Source of the DNA: Entomortierella parvispora E1425
Lineage: Eukaryota; Fungi; Mortierellomycota
DNA: 64,000 nt
Direction: 5' to 3'
NCBI GenBank assembly: GCA_020891255.1
Contig: BQFW01000008.1
Location: 1,674,001-1,738,000 of the forward strand
Under the pieces are notes generated by a model. The model worked only from the letters and a program-made list of their open reading frames with translations. It ran no database searches and was not told where the DNA came from. This document shows positions 24,581 to 34,800 of the stretch, one piece after another. The position numbers and the translations under genes are program-made. Position 1 is the stretch's first letter. Each line of letters opens with the position of its first letter.

Positions 24581-26035
24581 ATGGGCCTCACGATTGAAGT
24601 AATTCACAACCCCGCCAGTCGAGGGCCAAATGGCGAGCCTATGCTGTTTGGTACCCTGGAAAATCCTGCAAAAATTGAAGGACAGGTCGTCTTTCAAACA
24701 GACGAGGACCTAAAGGGTCAAGATGTTCAAATCGATTATACTGCTCACGCAAGGGTGAGCTGGATGAGTATGAGGCCTTTTCCTCGAACACCGCGTGAAG
24801 CCCAATTGATAGCAATCTGACTGAGCCTTCTTTGTATCATTTCTCTTATTATTTTTTTCTTGTTGTTGTGGTTGTTATTGGCTCCATATGTAGCTCGTGG
24901 AGGTAATGGCATCTCTTTCGACTGTCAATCCAACTTTGACCACAAAAAGATCACCATGGGTCTCCGTTATCGTCAGCCGGGTGTGATCCAGGCCGGTCGA
25001 TACTCGGCTAGACTCAACTTTCCGATTGACCCTACCCGCTTCCCTACCTCTATGACCCTCCGACACGGTGCAGTCCAATACAAGATTGTGGCCACATTGC
25101 CTCGAAAGTTCCCGAACAAGGATATTGTTGTCGAACAACTGGTCTATGTCATCAATGCCAGCCTGCCATCGCCATTTTACCCAGAAAAGATGGTGTTGGA
25201 AAATCCATCCCTGGCGCATCAATTCTATAACCCAATACAGTGGACCGCGCCATGGCCTTTTGCCATCAAAGAAGAAGACGAGTTCTCCGGAGCAAGACCG
25301 CCAGCAACCCATCTTTGTGAAGCACCCTCAATGGCGTTCATTGCAGGAGAATGCTTTCCGATTGCTATCTCTACCCTGGTAGATGTTCCAGCCCCAGTCC
25401 CGATTGAGACTGCCAAAGGTAGTAAAAAAAGCAAGGGATTCTTCTCCAAGATCTTGAATGGCCCAGGCAGCAACGAAAAGGAAGTCGTCTGGCCCAACAC
25501 ATTCAATCTGGTCCCCGAGGTGATCTCTGTGCGCCTGGAGCAAAACATTCTCTACAAAGACCACGGAGGTGAAGCGTCTATGCCCGAAATCCGAGAATTT
25601 GAGCTGTTGTTCAACATGCCTGGCACCCAAGAAGGGGAGAATCCAGAAATGGGGTTTATGACAATCCTCCTGCTAGTGTTACCACAGGTGGCCGATCAAC
25701 ATGATCATTTGAAGCCGAGTATGAGTTGCAAGGCTTTGGACATCAAGCATAGCTTGAAGGTGAACCTCAAGTTCAAGGCTATTACTCACAAGCTTCAATT
25801 GCCCATCACGATTTCGGCTCCAACTCACCCTGGACGACCTATTCCATACCGATTCCAGGCCGTGAACTGGGCGGGTTCGCTTGCTATACCCCAGGGAATG
25901 CAGCCAATGGCAACCCCGCCAGCCAGCTTTGCTCAGGTGGGTGTAGTCAGAGGCACAGTAAACGGTATATTTCATGCCTTGGAGGCATCTCAGATCACAA
26001 AATGGAGCATGGTATACAATATGCCGACGCTGTAG
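24581..26035 (+). CDS. Alpha-arrestin-like (arrestin-N/C fold) protein; intron approx 24755-24893
   Basis: IEGQVVFQT...VQIDYTAHAR, then AGRYSARLNFPID..PTSM...GAVQYKIVATLPR..FPNK, and C-terminal PSM..KALDIKHSLKV..LQLPITI. Confidence 0.7.
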
Positions 26036-26319
26036 TGTGTGTGCGGCACCTGAATAAAGGCTATCTTTCCAACAGAGGTTGGGTGAAACAACGCGTGTTT
26101 GGGCTCTGGGCGCGGCGCGTAAAGACCCTCCTGTTTCGAGGATTACAAAAACTGATCTCTTTTGGGGACGGGAAAGACTGAGCTTGTCAACGTGCTGTCT
26201 ACTCAGACATGCGCGGTTGGGAATGTGAGGTTTGCAAGCTTCATCTTCGAGTTCCAGACTATCCAACAACCTTTTTATTACTACCGGCAGCCTCGTCTGA
26301 CAGAGCATGGACGCAAAAA

Positions 26320-27594
26320 CTATCTTTTAGTGCTGTCTTGTACCTCATACAAGGGGAGCGCGCCTGCTGAAGACGGAGAGACCACCTCATTCTCCTTTTC
26401 ACAGACGGCCTCAGTTGCCTTTGCAGAGCAAGGTAGTGCCACAGAGGAAAGATTCAGATCTGTGGGCGAGTGCGCATCCTCGTCTCCAAGCATGATTGCC
26501 AATGGTCCGCTTCCACTTCCACCGCCTCCAGTCATGGCCGCATTCGCCTGCTCCTCTGCTTGTTCCTTTAGTTGCGCCATCCATTTCCTTCGGTAGTAAC
26601 CCATCATGATAACAAGACCGACTAAAATCATGGCCAACATCATGGCCACAGTGCCCAGAATCAAACCCGTCTGCTTCAAACGATGCTGTTCGTCCAAGCT
26701 TTTACCTCCTGCAATCGCTTCTCCGGATATCAAGGAAGAGAACGTGGGTCCGAGAACCAAAGGTGTGTTGTACTCTGGGTGCGAGGCTCGAGTGGCTGCG
26801 TCTCTCAGGATCCAGAAGGGCCGACTCTTGGCTGGGTGCTCATGGTCATTGTCCATGAAGAGCGAGGGTACGCGGATCTCAAACTCTCCTTCATAGCTCC
26901 AATCCTGTGGAATCGTCCATGTCAGCTGGCCACTGGACCCACCCGAGATGGCAATCCGTGAGACGTTCAGGAGGCTGTATCCAGGGCCGGTGAGAATGCT
27001 TGGTGAAACCGAGACTGTTGAGGGTGAAGGAGAAGAAGAGGAGGCAGAGGCAGGCCAGGAAACAAGTCGTAAGCTGTTGAGCCATATAGGACTGTCTTTG
27101 AACGTGTTTGCCAGCTGGGTTCTCTTCGATTCCTCAAGCTTCATCTTTGCCAGGTTGGTCATGTCATCCTCTGTTAGAAGAGGCGAATTTGAAAAGTTGG
27201 GTTCGCCCTTGATCGTATCCAACAGACCCTGAGAGGGTTTCCAGCTCTCGGGAAACAAAATCCCATTGTTGGACCAAGTCAGGATGAGGTCTGTGCCTGG
27301 AGTGTAAACAGTATTCAGAGCAGGCGCTGTGATATCAATGGTTGGAGACGCATCGGGTCCGGGGGAAAGTGAGCTAGTGCTTGGTGCCACCATGTTCGTG
27401 TCAGTTTTTTCATTCGTGGTTGGGGGTTGAATAGGTCCTCCGGGAGGCACAGTCAAGCCAGGGGGAAGATTGTCATAGATGTTGGGAGGGAGAAAGTAGT
27501 GAGCGGCATCCTGATAGGCTTCAACAGTGGTGGACCCTTGATGATTAGACCCTGCAAGAACTGCCAGGAGGATTAGACTGGAGGTAGACAACAT
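26320..27594 (-). CDS. Predicted single-pass type I membrane protein (signal peptide, Kre9/Ser-Thr-rich-GPI-like beta domain, TM helix)
   Basis: Single ORF with signal-like MLSTSSLILLAVLAGS, ITAPALNTVYTPGTDLILTWSN and GQLTWTIP, TM LILGTVAMMLAMILVGLVIMMGYY, then basic RRKW. Confidence 0.7.
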   Translation of the reverse strand: MLSTSSLILLAVLAGSNHQGSTTVEAYQDAAHYFLPPNIYDNLPPGLTVPPGGPIQPPTTNEKTDTNMVAPSTSSLSPGPDASPTIDITAPALNTVYTPGTDLILTWSNNGILFPESWKPSQGLLDTIKGEPNFSNSPLLTEDDMTNLAKMKLEESKRTQLANTFKDSPIWLNSLRLVSWPASASSSSPSPSTVSVSPSILTGPGYSLLNVSRIAISGGSSGQLTWTIPQDWSYEGEFEIRVPSLFMDNDHEHPAKSRPFWILRDAATRASHPEYNTPLVLGPTFSSLISGEAIAGGKSLDEQHRLKQTGLILGTVAMMLAMILVGLVIMMGYYRRKWMAQLKEQAEEQANAAMTGGGGSGSGPLAIMLGDEDAHSPTDLNLSSVALPCSAKATEAVCEKENEVVSPSSAGALPLYEVQDSTKR

Positions 27595-27933
27595 GACAGA
27601 GGATTCAGGTCGGCTATTGAGTTGAGCAACGTTGCAATATAGAAAGAGTGTAAGAAGCAAAAAAAATAAAATAAAATAAAATAAAGCGAATCGTGTGTAT
27701 GTGTGAGACAGAGTGAAGACTGAAGGGGTCGGCAGGGACAGACGAAAAAAGGGCAGAAAGGGATGGCACCGTTTAGATCAGCACCTCGAGGGATGGGATG
27801 GAATGCTGGGTGGGAGGAGCACGGAGGTATTGATTGGAGGAGTTGCTATTGGTATACTGGAGGATCAATCACCTTGAGCTGGTCCCAGGCCTTTTATCAT
27901 TCCCATTTTGATTGAAAGGGTGCTTTATTGTCG

Positions 27934-29731
27934 CTACTTCTCGTTCATGATGCTGTTCGTCTTCGAGAATCTGGCTGCTATCGAGCCCGTGCCGATCTCG
28001 GTTTTGTACAAGTCTGCATTGTCCATCCTGTCCATTCTATCCATCTTGCCGCGTTCCCGTGGATCAGAAAAGCCTAGACGGTATCCCCGTGTCGGTGTTG
28101 TTGATCGACCAGACTCGTACGAGGCAGGTTGCTGTTGATGTTGCTGGTAGTTATAACTTGGACTTGAGTTTCCTTGGGATCCATATAAATCTTGCGTGCT
28201 ATTATGACGCAGCATTGTCGGTGTAAAAGGGCGACCAACAACTAGTCCACCACCGCCGTTCGTGCTATCTACACTGGTTTGGCGAAGGCTGTTGGCAACT
28301 GACACTGCAGACTGGTACGGGTTTGGTGAAGGTGACCCCGATGTGGGAGAGGACGGGGAAGAGTAGCTATTTATGCTTTGTTGATACGCGCGTTGTTGTT
28401 CAAGCTGCAGTTGCCGTTGCTGTTCCTGTAGTTGATTGACTTGAAGTGAATGGATATAAGGGGACGCTTCCACTGTTTTGGGTGGTGTTGGCGGGCCATC
28501 GTGTGAGTTGTATCCAGGGGTTTCTTGTTTCCAATTTTCGTATGCATGTGTACCGTTCTCGTTCAGGCTAGTTTGACTTTGGTCCAATTTGAGCATCTGG
28601 AGGTCGTCCCAATTACTCGAGTCGTTCTCGGCTCCTCCTCTTGAGCCAAAACCGTTGGAGTAATCCGTTTCTACTGCATACTGCTGACCCAAAACTGGCG
28701 TCTTGGTGTTGTAAGCAGCCGCAGCTGCTGCAAGGGCTAGTTCATCCTGTGAAGGACCGACGTGGGCGCGAACAGGTGCGCCTAATGGTTGGGGATGCCA
28801 GCTTGTCACTGCCACCTTCACTTGATTGATAGTTGCGGCCGTGTATTCTGCTCCGCCGTAAAGAGTTGTGCTATCTGCGAGCTGCGGGCTGGTGTCAATG
28901 ACATTGGTAATCTGCCTGCCATAGCCGGCAATGAGGGCCATCTTCTCAGAGAACTCTAGCATGGCTGCAAACTGCTGGTTGAAGGCGTCCCGAATGGTCA
29001 CTCGTTTAAACTGAAGAAGATCCAGTTCCTGCTGCAGCAGCTCGGCCGAGACCCTCTCCAGCTGGCTCTGCAGTTCCATCATCTTGATTGGATTCTCCTT
29101 GCTAGACTTTTGGTGCTTGGCTATCTGGTTAGTGAGGTCGTGTTTCTTCTTGCGATTCTATGAGGTAGGAAGGCAAAGCAGGCACGAGTCAGCCAAGGCT
29201 TGCTCCTGAACCACCAAAACAACAGCGCGCGCACGCGTGTGACACCGCCAGCTCCCTTACGTCGTCCAAGGTCATCTCCTGAGTCTTCAAGCTCTTGATC
29301 AGCTTGCGGTGGGCTGTGTGTTGCATCGAGTAGGCCTGGTGAATAAGGCCGACCTCCTCCATCAGCTGGGTCATGCGTTGGCAGACATCTGTCAGGTCAT
29401 CGCCCTCGTTGGTGCCCCATCCCGAAATGAGTTTTGCGTTGGTAGTGATCTCTTTGTCGAGGGTTTTGAGGGAAGAGTCGATGTTCTTGAGCTCTGCGAG
29501 CCACTTGTTGATGCTTTTGTAGTTGTTGCTGAAGGTGGGAGCGGGAGCAAAGGCATGTAAAGAGGGAGACAGATAGAGTAAAGGGTCAGCTTCGCCCTGG
29601 AGGAACAAGGTCGGGTTTCTTTGGCCGATAGCCCGGGTTTCACTGCGAAAAGAGAGGCGGCCGTTGTTCGGTCGTTACCCGAGAGAAAAGTTGTTGAGAC
29701 CCCTTCGGAGGTCATGACCGATGCTCTGCAT
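27934..29731 (-). CDS. PIL1: Eisosome BAR-domain protein Pil1/Lsp1-like with long S/Q/P-rich tail (multi-exon; start approximate)
   Basis: SIGHDLRR, LISGWGTNEGDDLTDVCQRM, RKLIKSLKTQE and FNQQFAAMLEFSEKMALIAGYGRQITNVIDTSP parallel the yeast Pil1 core (EHSEKIALIAGYGK). Confidence 0.8.
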
Positions 29732-30043
29732 GGAGACGTAAGAAGGAATGGTATATCGAGGAAGGTGAGGTGATGTCGAGTGTCGATGGCAGATGTCTGT
29801 GAGGATGGGAGAAAGTAGGTAAACATGGACAAAAGAGGACAACTTGTTCATACTGCTGTATCGATTATTGCAACCAAATGGCTCTCGGGTCATTTCCTGC
29901 TGCTCACGCACCTTCATTATTCGTTTGTCTGACAAGGGCTAGCAGCTTTGCTTCTCCCTACAAGCTTAGGTAATTGGGCCAAGAGCTCCTCTCTCCCTCT
30001 CGCACATCATGCGCGGCGGATCCATGGGTAACAAACTTTTATT

Positions 30044-31219
30044 TTATTTCTTTTCAGAGGCCACGGACTTAGAAGTCGCGTTTGAAGGTGGATTGGATTT
30101 TGCCTTCTCTTTTTCACTAGCCTCCGCTTCCTTTTGTAGCTTGGCCAATCGTTCCTCGGCCATGACCTTGGATGCTTCTGCTTCTTCTTTAGACTTTGGT
30201 GGCGGTGGCAGCTGGTTGACAACGCTCAAGAGATCGATCTTGATCGGGTGCGGCTTCGCTTTGATGTTCATCTTCTCTAGGAACACGAGCACTCTATGCT
30301 CTAATCTTCGAATCTGTATTACAGTCATTTAGAGGTGAGGGAGGAGTTAGATGAGATAAAGTAAGCGACCCAAGGTGCACACCCCATCCAACAAAAAATT
30401 ATGCGCAGGCTTACTCTGATGGCCATTGGATTGTCGCCCTCCTCGGTCACAACATCACGGGCGAGAATGCTAAGCATACCGTGGCTATTTGCGTACACCA
30501 CATCAGTAAGTGCTCGGTCGCCTACAAATGCGATTCTCGGCGCTCGGATACCACTGAAGTACTGAAGAAGTTCCTCGCCTCCCGCTGGTTTCTTTCGTTG
30601 ATGTCGCAAGACGTGCACATGAAGTGCCTTTTCTATCGTATTAGCCTAATGTACCGGAAGAGTCAGTTTCGATAACTTGCGGTGGATACACTTGTGGTTA
30701 GTTTGGTACCTGCTCGTAATTCTTGTCGTCATCGGTGCCTGCTGAATTTGAAACAATCGCGATCTGATCCTTGTAGACGTCCTTGCAACGCTTCCAGGCA
30801 TCCTGAAGCCAAGACATTAATGAGGTGGATGGAGTGCACAAATTAGCAGCAGGTCCCCTGAAGCGCGTTTTTTTTCTCTGTCGATCGAAACACAAGCTGT
30901 ACCTCGAAAGGCGGGTAGAGCTCTTTCCCGTAAGGACGTGTCAGGCAATTATCCTTGTCGAAAGCAATTGCAATGATACCAGCCTTGTGGAGCTGTTCAA
31001 AGTTGATGTCCCGGATGTCTATCACAGCCAGATCCATTCAGATTTGCAGGGAACGTGAGCCTTGGGGTTGTACAGCTTTCAGGATCATCGCCCTGAAACA
31101 CCACCTGAATGAGTTAATGCCAAGGTACCTCGCACAATGAGATTGGGTACCATGAGACGTGGCGATGCCAGCACACGGAATGCTTGGACAATGCCTTGAA
31201 GGTTGAAGCTTTGGACCAT
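30044..31219 (-). CDS. GEP4: Mitochondrial phosphatidylglycerophosphatase (HAD/YqeG family; multi-exon)
   Basis: MVQSFNLQGI..VPNL, IAFDKDNCLTRPY, IVSNSAGT, VLRHQRKKP and FVGDRALTDVVYAN. Confidence 0.92.
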
Positions 31220-31878
31220 GATGTCTGTAGTAGGAAGGTAGAAGGGAAGGAGGAGTTCATGCTGCAGCATGAACGCTTCTCGCACGTAAAAGCGACGTCA
31301 CATTTTTTTTCTGACATTTGTTCGGCTATGCATGCATGTCACCTAGCGACAAAAACGTGGAAATCCCTATAAAGAAGCGAGCGAGGCCTTTTGATCGTAA
31401 AAGGCCCCGTAGTTTGATCGATGCCTTTCACATCTTCAGGGCTACGATGCTATTTTCACCTACAGCCTTGACGGCAACTTTGCTATTGAGAGAGATAGCC
31501 GTGTTTAAGGGTAGTATTTTTGTAACCATGTCGCAATGGCAGTCTACTTAAGGGTGTATTGTACCTCCTGGCCATCAACAGCCCAACGGCCAGGGCCACC
31601 AACGCGTTTTTGTTTCGTGTCCTCGGTGTTGATTCTTTTCTTCTCCTCACTGTCCCTTTCACTATTGACTCAACCCTTACCACAACACAGACACTTCTGC
31701 ACTCCATCAGCTTACTCGTCTGTCACCACTCAACTTCCCCCGTCAACTCATAACATCGGTATTGCATCTCGAGCTCGCTGCAAGCACCTTTTTTTCCCTT
31801 GGGCTGCAATAATCTCTGCAGCTTCTCTGACCTTGTCTTTCATGTTTTCCTTTCATGACAACCTTTATTTACTGTAGT

Positions 31879-34800
31879 ATGGGTGTCGTCAAAGCCTTCG
31901 AGACGCTCAAAGACTGTGAGGCAGTCAAGAGAGTCGACGTCAAGTCCCTTGGTGGGTGCCACATTGATGGCTCAGCCGTCTCTTACATGAGACTCAAATC
32001 GACTGAAGGACGTCTCCTCCTACGCGCTCTGAAGACCCAAGCAAAGAAAGAAACCATTGCTACAACGGCCTCCCTGCTCCCGCTTGGTCGATGGGTTGGA
32101 GGACTGTGGTCCTTTCCTGTCCCTGTCTCGGATTATGGGTCAATCCACTTGGGTATGTCTCCTTTCCACCCGAGCACAGCATCAACCTCTACCAACATTC
32201 CACCGATCAACAACGCTGCCCTGCAACTGTCCCCGTTGCCATCCACATCGGCTTCTTTTGGCCCAATCTCGTCTTTGAAGGATGCAGCCTCAACATCGGA
32301 TACACTTCCAGACTTCTCTGACCTGCATAATGCACGTATGGAAGCTTGGCCGCTCCTTACCAGATCCATGGACCGCATGTTTAATACACATTACAACAAG
32401 TCGGCAGACTTTATCCACTACGATGGCGGACCCACCGTGCAGAAAGCCTTTGCACATGATCGACGGCTGAAGGCCAATGAAAAGGCATCGATGAAGATGT
32501 CTGAGCTTCTTGCCTCTACTGACGTACGACTTTCTGTGATGGAGTCAAAGTCAACTCTTTCGAACAAACAATTGTCTCGGCTTAAAAGGCACCTCAACTG
32601 TGTTGTTTTCCCCCATTGGATGAAATACCGTGGGGTGGATCCTCGGGCTACCGTCTTTGTCTCTCGTGAACTTCACACGTCCCATGGATGGAAGTCCCAT
32701 ATATGCCACGGCCAATTTGATATATGTGCAGGAAAATTGGCTAAAAAGGACCCAAACATCACCGTTGTCACCACTGACAGTGACCTGCTATTCAGTGGAG
32801 TCAAAGAGTGTGTCCGAATTCAGCTCAGGGGCACCAGCTTTTACTCATACCCGATTGAGGGCATCTTAGCCCACTGTAAGCTCCACTCCCATGAGCAATG
32901 GGTGGCAGCGGCGGTCGTTAGTCTCAACGACTATGATCCTAGTGTTGGGAGGACATCGTTTAAGACTGCGGTCAAGGAGATGGAAAAACTCCACAAAACT
33001 TTTCCCCGCAACTGTCGCACCAATCTCAAAGCCAAGGATTATGTTAAAGAGTTCTGCAAAGGCAAACATGTCGACATCAACTCGGTCGAAAGGTCCTTGG
33101 AGAGTTTTGTCGATTTGCTTGAGACCCCTGTTGAGCAGCTCAATCCGCAAAATGATGTACTCGATGACTCGATACGTAGGATCGTGTACCGAGTGGAGAT
33201 GCTGACACAACGGTAAGAATGCAATACAGAATTGACCTGTTCGCCGGATATGGCACTCATTAAATCAATCATATTCCCTTCGCCACTGCACTAGCTGTCG
33301 TTCGTCACGCAGGTATCCAACAAGCAGCGAGCCAATCTCATCGTTGGCCACGTTGGAGGTTGACGACCTTCGGCCTGTATCTTTATCAAAGCGAGGAAAG
33401 AGGGAACGTCGTCCAGGGTAAGTTCGACGAGCCAGAGACTAGCTGGATCGAAAGGCCTGGCACAAAGCTGACAAACTCTCATTATTTCTGCAGATTTCGT
33501 GGATACATCTCTGGTCATGTCTTTCGTCAGAAGGCCTTCGCCCCTGTCTTCACTCATCCAGACAAAAATACAGACCCCATCGGTTGCAAGAACATGACCA
33601 TTGGTCGGCCTGTTCCTGGAGCTCCGGTCTTGGTGGCCGATGAAGAAGATGACTTTCCGGACGATGACGATCCCAAGAGTCCCATGCCTGCGCCAGTGCC
33701 TGCGCCCGTGCCTTCTCCCGCGTCAGCTTCCAAGCCTACTCTCAAGCCTGCCCCGGAGAAAACCACAGCGCTTACTACCGGAAAAGCATCCAAAAAGAGG
33801 GCAAGAGCAGCTATCGTTTTTGCTCCTGCCAAGAGGCGTAGCCGGGACGCAGAAATGCAACAGCGGGAGGACACAAAGTCAAAGGCAAATGTTCAGCAAG
33901 GAGAGGAAGTGCAGGCAGAGGACGAAAAGAAGCGACGAATGACAAACCCCACCAATATGATTGGCGATGTTGTCGCGTCTCGATGCCAAATGGCCGCTAT
34001 GAGGCCAGGACGACTAGAATCGTGTCTACGATACAGTCTCAAGAACTCATTCCCAATGCTCTCTAAAGAGCAGCACGAGCTTCTATTGAGGCACATCACC
34101 GGCATCATTCGCACGTTGGCCAGGGTCCACTCTGATCTGTTGCGAGAAGGCCTCTTGGTGACAGAGCTTTACATTGCCAGCGTCTTCAAGGAATTCCCAG
34201 TCGTGGACGGTGACCTTGGGCAAGATCACGCCGGAGAGAGAAGTGGCTTGTTTAACAACATCCTGTTGAAGAAACATCGCGACCCCTTCTTCCAACGGCT
34301 TCTGAAGCGACTGCTCAAGTGGGACTGGGATTCCAACAGCACAAATGCCACAAGTCAAGGCTCCATGGCCGCCGACAAAATTTTTGATGATTATTTCAAG
34401 CTCACCCAAAGCCAGCGCAAAGAAGCACCTTTCAAAAAAGAGGACCAGGACATTTGCGATAAAACATTTGTTGAACAGTGCGCAAGAACACTCTCGGATA
34501 TGGTGGGGGAACACGTATTCAAGTACACCCTGGAGCTGAAATCGAGAGTAAGCCATCATCGAACAAAACTATCGTTGCTCGAAACTCTGGCAAATTGATC
34601 TTTTCGTTTAATAACGTGTTTATTTCGATTGCTGGTGGTCCTAGGTCATCCTTCATAACCCTTCCTGGTCTTCATCAGCCCGAGGAAAAATCTTTCTCGA
34701 CTCCGTCAACGAGAAAGGAGTCTCATTGATGCACGACCGGTTGAGCCTGCATGCAATAATGAACTGGTTGATTCCTGCTGGAGCCCAGATCAAGATTCTG

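Noticed and set aside
31505-31556. TTAAGGG as telomere-like repeats
   Set aside because: Only isolated copies occur, not tandem TTAGGG.
31879-33216. Stand-alone cellular FEN1/EXO1/RAD2 gene
   Set aside because: The ORF's TAA falls inside a GTAAG donor, and splicing continues in phase into the RuvC-containing exons. The motifs are also too divergent for a housekeeping orthologue.
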